Positions 1 to 32,782 of a DNA stretch of 64,000 bases are shown here, piece by piece; positions within the stretch are counted from its first letter, which is position 1; each line of letters begins with the position of its first letter. Position numbers and translations under genes: made by a program. This DNA is from Eledone cirrhosa (Eukaryota). A model generated the notes under the pieces. That model had not been told where the DNA came from. It did not search any database and saw only the letters and a program-made list of their open reading frames with translations. Location: assembly GCA_964016885.1 (NCBI GenBank), contig OZ024766.1, forward strand, positions 18,042,001-18,106,000, read 5' to 3'.

Positions 1-253
1 ATAAGTGTTATGACATAATGGACGCTAACCGGGAGTGTTAAATCTTTAAATAAGCAATAAAATTATTTATATTTAATCAACAGCTACGAAATTTAGTAGA
101 TAAATTATGTAATATCCATTCGTTATTTATTCAAAGTAATCCAACTTATTTTACAAACGGGATAAAAAATATATTCTGGACGTAGTCCAGCCCTCTCCCT
201 TTATTATAGTTATGATATTTAAACTTGTGAACAGATCGTTGGGAAAATTTGCA

Positions 254-395
254 GTTTATAGTATCTTTACTAGTGGACTAAATGTTTATAGTATCTTTAC
301 TAGTGGACTAAATGTTTATAGTATCTTTACTAGTGGACTAAATGTTTATAGTATCTTTACTAGTGGACTAAATGTTTATAGTATCTTTACTAGTG
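254..395. repeat. 30-bp minisatellite inside a dispersed repeat also present at about 15700-15900
   Basis: (AATGTTTATAGTATCTTTACTAGTGGACTA)n. Confidence 0.9.
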
Positions 396-567
396 AACAG
401 ATTGTTGTGAAAATTTACAGTATTACAATAAAGACTTTAATATCTAATGTGATGCAATCTTAGTATTATTTTCACCACCAGGTGGCAGTGTAGTAACTAA
501 ATCAGAATATTAATTGCATGTAAACCGTTTTTGCATGGTTGTTGTTGTTATTATTATTATTATTATG

Positions 568-743
568 GTGGATTGGCAGTATCGGTAGAGGGTCGGACGC
601 CACGCATAGAGTTACGGCCCTTTCCAATCTGAGTTCAAATCCCGCCGAGGTTAACTTTGCCTTTCATCCTTACGGAGTCGATAAAATAAAGTACCAGTAA
701 TACACTGGGATAATTGCTGGCCTTGTGCCAAAAAGTAGAAACA

Positions 744-782
<39 letters not shown>
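568..782 (+). mobile_element. tRNA-derived SINE family A with (ATT)n tail; other copies 6986-7178, 20068-20252, and fragments at 34955-35820 and 49960-50160
   Basis: A box TGGCAGTATCGG, B box GAGTTCAAATCCC, central CTTTGCCTTTCATCCTTACGG.GTCGATAAAATAAAGTACC. Confidence 0.8.
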
Positions 783-994
783 GTGATGGTTGTCAATGGA
801 AATAGAAATGATTGTGATTGAATGCGCGGCCACTTATTCACACTCCATAACAAAAGATGGACTGTACCTGTAATTCTGTACGTCAAAGGGCCAGCTTTGT
901 CATAACTCTGTCATGCTGAATCTCCCTGAGAACTACGTTAAAGGGGGTACTCGTGTCTGTGGAATACTCAGCCAACCACAAAAGTTAAATGCAT

Positions 995-1500
995 GGATGA
1001 TGATGATGGTGATGGTTGTGGTGTAGGTGATGATGATGATGATGATGATAAAATATAAGAATGAGATAATGTTGATGATGATGGTGATGATGCTGAAATG
1101 GATGATGATGATGATGATGATGATGGTGGTGCTAACGGTGATGATGATGATGATGATGATGGTGATTGTGAAGATGATGATGATGATGATGATGAAGATA
1201 TACGAATATGATGGCGGCGATGATGATGATGGTGGTGATGATGATGACTATGATGATGATGGATGAGGCTGATGATGATGATGATGATGAGGCTGATGAT
1301 GATGATAGTCATGATGATGTTAGTGATGTTAGTGATGCTAGTGATGATGATGATGATGATGATGAGGCTGATGATGATGATAGTCATGATGATGTTAGTG
1401 ATGTTAGTGATGCTAGTGATGATGATGATGATGATGATGATGAGGCTGATGATGATGATAGTCATGATGATGATGTTAGTGATGTTAGTGATGATGATGG
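995..1500. repeat. (GAT)n-derived compound microsatellite
   Basis: Direct reading. Confidence 0.95.
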
Positions 1501-1535
1501 TGTTTACCTTGTTGTTATTGTTTCCGTCCGTGTAG

Positions 1536-21516
<19,981 letters not shown>

Positions 21517-22250
21517 AGAATAACAACAACAACAACAGCCATAACAACACCATGGCCAACAACAACAACAGCAACAACAACAACAACAAAACAAACAAAC
21601 GTTTTTTTTTTTTTTTTCTTTTTTCTCTTTTAAAAAAGAAAAAAGGAAAAAAAATATATGATGAACTTCAAGCAGGCGTGAAACTTATCCTGTCAGATAT
21701 GCTACAAAAATAAACCCCCGTTTCAAATATATAAAAATTAAAAATTACCAACGAATCAACGAATGAAACAACGACGAACCAACGAATAAAACAGAGAATT
21801 GAACAGAAATATCCAAAAATTGCGGCCTTGTATGAGTTGTACGACTAATATTATTATTGTTTTTATTATTATTATATTTTTTTAGTGGAATATATATTTT
21901 TTTTCGGGGATGGGGTGTGGAGATGAGTGTGTAGTGATGTGGAGGGGGGAAATATAATTATATGGTGGAATATGAAATTAAATTATTTAAAATTTATATG
22001 AAAAAATTTGTATTATGTTATGAAATAATATTAATTTACCCAAAAAAAACACACAAACTATTTCTTTTTTTTTCAAATATTATTTTTTAAAAAAAATATG
22101 ATGATGATGATGATGATGATGATAATTCGATGATGAAACGAAAATATTTTGCAATAACCAGAGCTGGATAAATAAAAATGATGACAAGATATATATATAG
22201 AGACACTGATATTATAACCGTTATATATTTGGGGTTAAAATAAAAACGAA
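21517..22250 (+). terminator. MHC 3' UTR with candidate polyadenylation signals
   Basis: AATAAA at 21709, 21785, 22171 and 22239; cannot tell which is used. Confidence 0.5.
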
Positions 22251-22948
22251 AAAAACATATATATTATGAAAGATCAACCTTTTATTAAATGATTATTAAT
22301 ATTATTTATTTAATATTATTATTACAAAATTAAAAAAAAAATGATTTGTTAAATTGTATTTATAGTCTTTTCTATCTGTGAATTCGGTGTGGAGAAAAAA
22401 TGTAGCGAAACGAAACACGAAATACGAAACAAAACGGGGTTGTTTCTAAGCATGAAGAAATCGTTTGTTTTGTCGAATTTTTAAATAATAATATATATAC
22501 ATTATATATATATATACATTATATATACATTATCTATGTATATATATATATATGTATGTATACGTTGGACATTTTGAGGAAGAGAAAAAAAACCACCATT
22601 TTAAACCCGACTATATAAATATACACATACATGTATATACGTATAGATGTATATATATATATACATGTGTGTATATATATTTATATATATTTAAATCCTG
22701 GGGTTCATATTAGACTATATATTACGTTAATAAATTCGCCCAAAAGCGCAGAGTTACAAAAAAATTTATATCTCGTTTTTGTTCTTATTTAAATTTTTTG
22801 ATATTTTGTTGTTTAAAATTTAGTTTATAATTTTTTTTTTTTTTGGTTGGTTGATTGTTCGTTGTTGTTGTTGTTGTTGTTGGTTGTTTTTGTATGTAGA
22901 AGTCTGTCTGTCTGTCTGTCTGTCTATGCTTTTCTCTATATATATCTA

Positions 22949-23579
22949 CTAGCAGTAAAGCCCGGCGTTGCTCGGGGCTGCTCAGTAGCTGTGTTTAAGT
23001 TACAATGTTAAGTTCCTTTCTTGGCTTAAAAACTGTAGAGTCTACAGTGTAGACTTTCATGTGGTACTTTTGATTAATACTCCCTCAACCAACAGTATGC
23101 CGTATGGAGTTAAGAAAGCATAACCATAACCCGAATGTTAAAACAAAAGAGGATGCTGGGGGATAAAAACTGCACTGGTAATCTATTAACAAAAATCGAA
23201 AATGTAAACACTGCAACACTTGTCTCAGAGAAAAACATCAGCGTAACCAAACTTGAAACAAAGAAATTGGATGGACATGAAAAACAAAACAAAAAATGCG
23301 TTACCTCGTAACGTAAATAGATAAACAAATGACGCCATAAAAAGGAAATAACTCGTCTCTCATCTCTATTTATACATTTGAACTGAAAAATCAATACATT
23401 ACAAATTCGATTTTTGCACTTGGCGTGGGGTCGATTTGAAAAGTGTTTTGACCGATGTCTCCGCCGGACCTTCATCTATAAGTGTAGCAATTTCACCGAA
23501 ATTTGAACGTACGGTTTAGGAGGAAATGTGTGCCGACCATTTTAGTAGACAGACAACCTCAGTTTTATATATATATAGA
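22949..23579 (-). mobile_element. Complete non-autonomous Helitron, 631 bp
   Basis: Reverse strand starts A|TCTATATATATATAAAACTGAGGTTGTCTGTCT and ends CCCGAGCAACGCCGGG hairpin + CTTTACTGCTAG|T; no TSD. Confidence 0.8.
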
Positions 23580-24215
23580 TCTATCTTTCTATCTATCTAT
23601 CTGTCCATCTCTACATATCTATCTGTCTGTCTACCTATGCTTTTCTCTATTTCTATCTCTCATATATATACATTATATATATATATATATATATATATAT
23701 CTAACCCAGCAGAGTCATAACGACCAGGCTGCTCCTTGACAGTGTAATTAGGGGCTCTAACCCTAGTGCTGTTAGATCGACTCTCCATATTTCTTTTCAA
23801 TGGCTGACAATACCTTACCGGCGCCACTCGAATAAGGTAGTTATTTAACCCATAAATGGAGCCCTAACAGGTACTACTGGCCAGGGCAGACCTGGGAGTC
23901 AAGACAATTAAAGGGTAACTCCACATTCCCCACAACTCCTGAACTCCCGAACTGAAGCCTTGCCACTGGATGTAGTTTAATGTCATACCCAGGACACTGG
24001 TCTGTTGGAGACGCAGGACATGGCAGCGATAATGAGGGACAGAGACCGCTGGAGAGAACTCGTCCATGGATCTCGGGAATTTTACCCGCCTTAGATAGAT
24101 AGATATATATATATAGGAGATTTATTGCTTAATCCTGGTTACAAATGTTTCCCAAGCAGCTTGTTCATAATGTTTGTTCATATATATACACAGATAGTTG
24201 ACGAACAGTTTATAA

Positions 24216-24383
24216 CCACAGAAATTCCAAAACATACCCCATTACCTTGCCATAGTTAGCGACCTTATAAATAAGATTGGCAGGAGAATATTTACCCTAC
24301 TTTCTGCCAGAGAGATCTTCAACAACCCTACACCTCATTACAATTTAGTATATACAAGAAGTGGCTTCAATGAAGACATATGA
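24216..24383 (+). mobile_element. Degraded Penelope-like element ORF fragment (RT thumb region)
   Basis: IVSDLINKIGRRIFTLLSAREIFNNPTPHYNLVYTRSGFNEDI resembles the PLE pattern I.RRI..LS...EIFN...P.YN......GF; recognised from memory only. Confidence 0.55.
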
Positions 24384-24559
24384 TCATTGGAAAACATCAT
24401 ATGAGAGTTAGAATGTAGCTACAATCTTGTAATAGGTTTGTGTCCTGTTCAGGGGGGAGTCTTGTACTCTCAATCATGTAACATGAAGGATAATCACCAG
24501 TCTAATGAGCAGAAACCAGATATAAGCACCAGGCTAGACAGACATTAACTTAACATTTT

Positions 24560-26875
24560 ATATATACTTTACATAACCCTGTGATGGACTGGTGTCCTGT
24601 CCAGGGGGAGTCTTGTACTCTCAGTCACTATATATACTTTACATAACTCTGTGATGGACTGGTGTCCTGTCCAGGGGGAGTCTTGTACTCTCAGTCACTT
24701 AATATATACTTTACATAACCCTGTGATGGACTGGTGTCCTGTCCAGGGGGAGTCTTGTACTCTCAGTCACTTAATATATACTTTACATAACCCTGTGATG
24801 GACTGGTGTCCTGTCCAGGGGGAAGTCTTGTACTCTCAGTCACTTCATATATACTTTACATAACAATGTGATGGACTGGTGTCCTGTCCAGGGGGAGTCT
24901 TGTACTCTCAGTCACTTAATATATACTTTACATAACCCTGTGATGGACTGGTGTCCTGTTCAGGGGTAAGTCTTGTACTCTCAGTCACTTCATATATACT
25001 TTACATAACCCTGTGATGGACTGGTGTCCTGTCCAGGGGGAAGTCTTGTACTCTCAGTCACTTCATATATACTTTACATAACAATGTGATGGACTGGTGT
25101 CCTGTCCAGGGGGAGTCTTGTACTCTCAGTCACTTAATATATACTTTACATAACCCTGTGATGAACTGGTGTCCTGTTCAGGGGTAAGTCTTGTACTCTC
25201 AGTCACTTCATATATACTTTACATAACCCTGTGATGGACTGGTGTCCTGTCCAGGGGGAGTCTTGTACTCTGTCACTTAATATATACTTTACATAACCCT
25301 GTGATGGACGGGTGTCCTGTCCAGGGGGGAGTCTTGTACTCTCAGTCACTTCATATATACTTTACATAACCCTGTGATGGACTGGTGTCCTGTCCAGGGG
25401 GAGTCTTGTACTCTCAGTCACTTAATATATACTTTACATAACCCTGTGATGGACTGGTGTCCTGTTCAGGGGTAAGTCTTGTACTCTCAGTCACTTCATA
25501 TATACTTTACATAACCCTGTGATGGACGGGTGTCCTGTCCAGGGGGGAGTCTTGTACTCTCAGTCACTTCATATATACTTTACATAACCCTGTGATGGAC
25601 TGGTGTCCTGTCCAGGGGGAGTCTTGTACTCTCAGTCACTTAATATATACTTTACATAACCCTGTGATGGACTGGTGTCCTGTTCAGGGGTAAGTCTTGT
25701 ACTCTCAGTCACTTCATATATACTTTACATAACCCTGTGATGGACTGGTGTCCTGTCCAGGGGGAGTCTTGTACTCTCAGTCACTTAATATATACTTTAC
25801 ATAACCCTGTGATGGCCTGGTGTCCTGTCCAGGGGGAGTCTTGTACTCTCAGTCACTTAATATATACTTTACATAACCCTGTGATGGACTAGTGTCCTGT
25901 TCAAGGGTAAGTCTTGTACTCTCAGTCACTTCATATATACTTTACATAACAATGTGATGGACTGGTGTCCTGTCCAGGGGGAGTCTTGTACTCTCAGTCA
26001 CTTAATATATACTTTACATAACCCTGTGATGAACTGGTGTCCTGTTCAGGGGTAAGTCTTGTACTCTCAGTCACTTCATATATACTTTACATAACCCTGT
26101 GATGGACTGGTGTCCTGTCCAGGGGGAGTCTTGTACTCTCAGTCACTTAATATATACTTTACATAACCTTGTGATGGACTGGTGTCCTGTTCAGGGGTAA
26201 GTCTTGTACTCTCAGTCACTTCATATATACTTTACATAACCCTGTGATGGACTGGTGTCCTATCCAGGGGGAGTCTTGTACTCTCAGTCACTTCATATAT
26301 ACTTTACATAACCCTGTGATGGACTGGTGTCCTGTTCAGGGGGAGTCTTGTACTCTCAGTCACTTCATATATACTTTACATAACCCTGTGATGGACTAGT
26401 GTCCTGCCCAGGGGAAGTCTTGTACTCTCAGTCACTTCATATATACTTTACATAACCCTGTGATGGACTGGTGTCCTGTCCAGGGGGAGTCTTGTACTCT
26501 CAGTCACTTAATATATACTTTACATAACCCTGTGATGGACTGGTGTCCTGTTCAAGGGTAAGTCTTGTACTCTCAGTCACTTCATATATACTTTACATAA
26601 CAATGTGATGGACTGGTGTCCTGTCCAGGGGGAGTCTTGTACTCTCAGTCACTTAATATATACTTTACATAACCCTGTGATGAACTGGTGTCCTGTCCAG
26701 GGTGGAGTCTTGTACTCTCAGTCACTTAATATATACTTTACATAACCCTGTGATGGACTGGTGTCCTGTCCAGGGGGAGTCTTGTACTCTCAGTCACTTC
26801 ATATATACTTTACATAACCCTGTGATGGACTGGTGTCCTGTCCAGGGGAAGTCTTGTACTCTCAGTCACTTCACA
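24560..26875. repeat. 71-72-bp minisatellite, about 32 copies
   Basis: CATAACCCTGTGATGGACTGGTGTCCTGTCCAGGGGGAGTCTTGTACTCTCAGTCACTT unit. Confidence 0.95.
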
Positions 26876-27143
26876 CCAGAGAAACAAGAGTTAAGTATCA
26901 ACCTGCTGAGTCTACAGGGTTTGAGACAGACTTAAGATTTATTCTTCTATATGCACAATATATACATTATATATACGTTATATATATACAATATATACAC
27001 TATATATATATATATATATACATACACTATATACACATTATATATACAGTATATATACACAATTTATACATTATATATACACTCTATATGTAGTGTATAT
27101 ATATATATATATATATATATATTGTATATATAATGTATATATA

Positions 27144-27180
<37 letters not shown>

Positions 27181-27225
27181 GAGAGTAAAACAAAGAAGCC
27201 TTCAATACATCAAAAGTCTTTATTA

Positions 27226-27263
27226 GCCGACAATGTTTCGTCCTATTAAGGACTCATCAGGGC
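27226..27263 (-). ncRNA. Type I hammerhead ribozyme, canonical core
   Basis: Reverse strand GCC-CTGATGA-GTCCT taat AGGAC-GAAAC att GTC-GGC. Confidence 0.85.
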
Positions 27264-27666
27264 AATTAAAACAACAAGAAGTAATATCGGCAGATGTGTA
27301 TATATAGTGTATATATATAGTGTATATAGTGTATATATAGTGTATATGTATATATAGTGTATATATATAGTGTATATATATATACACTATAGGATCTCCA
27401 CCGTCTCTAGTACTTACCGCTAGGCCACAGAGACGACTACAAAATTCTTATGAAAATTCATACTTATAAACCTACTTTCAAAATTTTCAAAACAAAGTGT
27501 TGTGGTGTCGTTCATGCCTTTCTTAATGTTATTGCTACTACTTAAGGTCGACTTCTAAATCATTTGGGGTGTTCTATAAACTACATCCTTGTTTTGTTTC
27601 TCGTCTATCTAGACTATATTTTAACCTGTAATCCATGTTTCATTACTGCTGCACCTCATTCCCCCT

Positions 27667-27767
<101 letters not shown>

Positions 27768-27933
27768 GATATTTATATCTACTATGATTCTTTTTTTTAA
27801 AACCCATTCAAATCACAGACATTGCTTGTTCACAGGATCTGTTACAGGTTTGTGTGGCTGGCCATAGCCTAAAAGTGCACCAAACTCCATAATCTGACAA
27901 GCGATTGCAATACTCTTAGCAGAGTTTGCTGCC

Positions 27934-28000
<67 letters not shown>

Positions 28001-28201
28001 ACACACAATCTTTTTTTGCAGAGTTTCCCTCTGAAATAGCAGCAAAAAAAAAAAAAAAAAAAAACCATAAATTTCAGAATGTTAGAAATAGCAGCCAAAG
28101 TACCCTTCCAAACTCACAAAAAGAGTGGAATCGATAGCTGGACCAACCTCCAACAACTGGGGACCTGTTCTTCCTGACGACAGCATATCAGAAAATCGAA
28201 T

Positions 28202-28288
28202 TTCATCTGACGATGCCGTTCTCATAACAACAACAAATGAATTACATCTTGGATTGCATAGGAGAACCGTTGAAATAATTATAATGAA
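28202..28288 (+). ncRNA. Type I hammerhead motif with long loop II
   Basis: TTCAT-CTGACGA-tgccGTTCTC..(38 nt)..GAGAACcgtt-GAAA-TAATTA-TA-ATGAA. Confidence 0.65.
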
Positions 28289-28407
28289 TAAACGAATTAT
28301 GTAACATCAGCATCTTTATTAATGTTATTATTATACTACTAATGTTGAGAGTTAATTTCCTGCTTGCTTCTGTTTTTACCAAAACAACCTCTTCAGAACA
28401 TATATAT

Positions 28408-28476
<69 letters not shown>

Positions 28477-28477
28477 C

Positions 28478-28920
28478 GTGGTTAGAGGATTGGCCTTGTA
28501 ATCGAAAGGTTGTGAGTTCAATTCTCAGACCGGGTGATGTGTTGTTTCCTTGAGCAAGACACTTTATTTCACATTGCTCCAGTTTACTCAGCTGTAGAAA
28601 TGAGATGATAGGGACTGGGGTCCCTATCATTCCACTGTAAAGTGGTCGTGGAGGTGCCACGGCAGAAAAGCACCCAGCACTCACTGTAAAGTGGTCGTGG
28701 AGGTGCCACGGCAAAAAAGCACCCAGTACTCACTGTAAAGTGGTCGTGGAGGTGCCACGGCAGAAAAGCACCCAGCACTCACTATAAAGTGAACGTGGAG
28801 GTGCCACGGCAAAAAAGCACCCAGCACTCACTGTAAAGTGGTCGTGGAGGTGCCACGGCAAAAAAGCACCCAGCACTCACTGTAAAGCGGACGTAAAATG
28901 AAATGATGATGATGATGATG
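28478..28920 (+). mobile_element. SINE-VNTR composite, about 5 units of 49 bp, (GAT)n tail
   Basis: tRNA/CORE-like head, then GTAAAGTGGTCGTGGAGGTGCCACGG... array, then tail. Confidence 0.8.
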
Positions 28921-29081
28921 ATATATATATATATATATGTGTGTGTGGGTGTGTGGGTGTGTGGGTGTGTGGGTGGGTGTTGAATATTTACTCCAGGAAG
29001 GCTGATGAGTGCTCTAAATCAGTTATAAACATTTATATTTGTCGGATTTCCAACAAATTAAATACCCCTTCTACTTATATA

Positions 29082-29155
<74 letters not shown>

Positions 29156-29452
29156 CAATTTATATATATATAGAGAGAGAGAGAGATCGTAAAATGATGA
29201 ATTTTTTAATATAAGGAACTGTTTCTTTGTTTTTATTCATTATTTTTATTAATTTATATATATATATATATAGATGATGATGATATATCTGGGAAAAGAG
29301 TATGCGTAATATTTATATATATATATGTGTGTGTGTGTGTGTATGTATAGATATATATGTGTGTGTGTATATGTGTGTCTGCGTGTGTATGTGTATATAT
29401 ATGTGTGTGTATATGTGTGTCTGCGTGTGTATGTGTATATATATATGTGTGC

Positions 29453-29520
<68 letters not shown>

Positions 29521-29682
29521 ATGTATAGATATATATGTGTGTGTGTATATGTGTGTCTGCGTGTATATATGTGTATATATATATGTGTGTGTGTATATAT
29601 ATGTGTATGTGTGTATACGTCAGTTTGTGGTGTCACAGTTTAAGAGAACCTGTCTAATTAACATAATTTATTTATTTATTTA

Positions 29683-29753
29683 CGGAAGTTACTGTAGAGT
29701 AACCTCCCCTTGCTTTGCGCCAAATTCAAAATTTTGGACGTTGAAAGGTGAGG
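29683..29753 (+). promoter_or_regulatory. Candidate NUF2 core promoter / non-coding first exon
   Basis: CGGAAGT (ETS-like) 29683-29689, GCGCCAAA (E2F-like) 29717-29724 abutting TTCAAA (CHR, reverse TTTGAA) 29725-29730, then donor aag/gtgagg at 29747. Confidence 0.45.
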
Positions 29754-30760
29754 ACTTTATATTTGTTGTTTAGCTTGGTGTATATATATATATATAGTGG
29801 TGTATATATATATAGTGGGGTGTATAGTGGTGTATATATATATATATAGTGGTGTATATATATATATATATATATAGTGGGGTGTATATAGTGGTGTATA
29901 TATATATAGTGGGGTGTATAGTGGTGTATATATGTATATAGTGGTGTGTATATATATAGTGGTGTATATATATATATATATATATAGTGGGGTGTGTATA
30001 TATATATATAGTGGGGTGTATATAGTGGTGTATATATATATATATATATATAGTTGGGTGTATATAGTGGTGTATATATATATATATAGTGGGGTGTGTA
30101 TATATATATATAGTGGGGTGTATATAGTGGTGTATATATATATATATATATATAGTTGGGTGTATATAGTGGTGTATATATATATATATATAGTGGGGTA
30201 TATAGTCTGGTGTATATATATATATAGTGGCGAGAGGACTTTGTGTTGTTTAACTTGGTGTATATATATATATATATATATATAGTTGGGTGTATATAGT
30301 GGTGTATATATAGTGGCGAGAGGACTTTTTATGTGTTGTTTAGCTTGGTGTATATATAGTGGGGTGTATAGTCTGGTGTATATATAGTGGCGAGAGGACA
30401 TTATATGTTGGTGTATATATATATATATATATATATAGTGGTGTATATATATATATAGTGGTGTATATATATATATATAGTGGTGTATATATATATAGTG
30501 GCGAGAGGACTTTATATGTTGTTTAACTTGGTGTATATAGTCTGGTGTATATATATATATAGTGGTGTATATATATAGTAGGGTATATATAGCGGCGAGA
30601 AGACTTTGTGTTGTTTAAGTTGGTGTATATATAGGGCTGTATATAATGTATAGCGATATATATATAGTGTGTGTGTATATATATATATAGTGTGTATATA
30701 TATATAGTGTGTATATATATATAGTGTGTATATATATATATAGTGTGTGTATATATATAT

Positions 30761-30823
<63 letters not shown>

Positions 30824-30922
30824 GTGTGTGTGTATATATATATATATAGTGTGTGTGTATATATATATATATATAGTGTGTGTGTATATATATATATATA
30901 TATAGTGTGTGTATATATATAT

Positions 30923-30954
<32 letters not shown>

Positions 30955-31005
30955 GTGTGTGTGTATATATATATATATATATAGTGTGTGTGTATATATA
31001 TATAT

Positions 31006-31037
<32 letters not shown>

Positions 31038-31154
31038 GTGTGTGTGTATATATATATATATATATAGTGTGTGTGTGTATATATATATAGTGTGTGTATA
31101 TATATAGTGTGTGTATATATATATATAGTAGTTTTATTCTTTTATATATAATGC

Positions 31155-31195
<41 letters not shown>

Positions 31196-31229
31196 ATATA
31201 GTGACATTACTGTCGTTTATTGTTGTATG

Positions 31230-31264
<35 letters not shown>

Positions 31265-31273
31265 CCACGTATA

Positions 31274-31314
<41 letters not shown>

Positions 31315-31423
31315 GTATATAATCGGTGTTGGATGCTTAATGCGGTAGGCCGTACGAGCACTCAATGCCCTCGTAGAGCAGAGTATATAGTGTATATATA
31401 TATATATATATACACTATATATA

Positions 31424-31457
<34 letters not shown>

Positions 31458-31535
31458 CGTAGGTCCCGGGTTGAATCGGAGGTAACCACAGTAAGTAAGG
31501 TACTCAATACATGGCAGAGTAAAATTTTTTTATTT

Positions 31536-31651
31536 TATAGAAGGAGCTTCTACAGGACTAGTACTGTTTCATTCAGATGAAATCTTCAGGAAGCTTCCTG
31601 AAGATTTCATCTGAATGAAACAGTACTAGTCCTGTAGAAGCTCCTTCTATA
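31536..31651. repeat. Perfect 116-bp palindrome centred on AAGCTT
   Basis: 58-bp arms are exact reverse complements, no spacer. Confidence 0.95.
31592..31642 (+). ncRNA. Type I hammerhead motif, right arm of palindrome (mirror copy on - strand at 31545-31595)
   Basis: AGCTTC-CTGAAGA-t TTC atct GAA t-GAA-ACAG tactagtc CTGT-A-GAAGCT. Confidence 0.7.
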
Positions 31652-31750
31652 TATATATATATATATATATATAGCGAGGGAAATGTGGTAAGGAACCAGG
31701 TGGACCATAACGCACCAAAGTACTCAATACTTAGGGTAGTAGAGTGGGTA

Positions 31751-31861
31751 ATAGGAGTAAGTAAGACCCCGACGGCTGAGCTCAAGCCGTTTCGACGGCT
31801 AATTCTGTACAGAATTAGCCGTCGAAACGGCTTGAGCTCTGCCGTCGGGGTCTTACTTACT

Positions 31862-31866
<5 letters not shown>
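31751..31866. repeat. 116-bp palindrome centred on TGTACA (one mismatch)
   Basis: 58-bp arms; each carries GAAA-CGGC..GCCG-TC-GGGGTC, the 3' half of a hammerhead. Confidence 0.95.
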
Positions 31867-31902
<36 letters not shown>

Positions 31903-31914
31903 TATATATATATA

Positions 31915-31959
<45 letters not shown>

Positions 31960-32035
31960 TGTTTATCCAGCGAACCTTCAACCGTCAAGGTTGTTTTCTC
32001 TACGGGTATGTCAACATTTATAAAACATATTTTGT

Positions 32036-32099
32036 ATTTTATCTGATGAAAGCGCACCATAATTTGCCTTGGTTGCCCTTGAAATATATATAATAGAAT
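32036..32099 (+). ncRNA. Type I hammerhead motif, imperfect stem II
   Basis: ATTTTAT-CTGATGA-AAGcGCACC..GGtTGCcCTT-GAAA-TATATA-TA-ATAGAAT. Confidence 0.6.
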
Positions 32100-32191
32100 A
32101 ATTATGGTTTTATAAATATAGTTTCCATTTATTATATATTGTATATACACTATATATATATATATATATATATACACTATATACATATATA

Positions 32192-32782
32192 TGTGGCTGC
32201 CAACTCGTTTTCGAGTACGGCCACTACTTTATATCCATGTAGGAGAACCCCTACTGATGCGCTGAACGAGTGTGACTTTTTAGTCCAGCCAGCGACTTAA
32301 AAACTCTGGTACAAACAATACACTTGTGACAATTATTGACACATAGTGCTGGGCCCATGGTACCATGTGATGACAAGTGCAGAGAGATCTCCAGATATAA
32401 AGCAATGCCTGTGCCGTGAAGCTTTTATAGTGAGCAAAGGCACTGCACAAAGCCAGTCCCACTCTCTTAACCAAGATGATATTTACCAAAAAGAAGAACA
32501 AGTCAACATCATTGGATACCATCAGGGTTGCAGGTGTTATATCAGAGTTTTCCTTCTCCTAGAATTCTGCCTTGACAAAGGCTAAGGGGTCATCTCTCGG
32601 TGATTTTGGATGGCCATTGACTCTTAAGAGCTCCTTTGCCCTTTGACAGGTTTTATTTTTAGTCCTGCAGGATGTCCAAAGTCACCCTCCTCACCAAGAA
32701 ACCTTGGTGGGGTTGCCAGTTTAGTCGCCAACGACCCGACCATGGGACAGGTTGTACTGGGGTACATGTTACCAGTAGCACT
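32192..32782 (-). mobile_element. About 560-bp dispersed element, copy 2
   Basis: Colinear with 7611-8172. Confidence 0.7.

Noticed and set aside
568-650. tRNA genes at SINE heads (also 6077, 43830)
   Set aside because: A/B boxes only, no cloverleaf, followed by SINE body and tail
1-1535. Catchin/myorod-specific first exon
   Set aside because: No convincing exon; that alternative start is expected further 5' in the rod, outside the window
27813-28230. Possible small spliced gene on the - strand (gtgagt donor near 28116, acceptor near 28031)
   Set aside because: No frame combination gave a recognisable protein; region abuts a hammerhead element and microsatellites
32715-32782. HDV-like ribozyme at the inferred 5' end of the 560-bp element (hairpin followed by CTAA)
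   Set aside because: Could not assign P1/P2/P3 pairings by eye; needs a descriptor search
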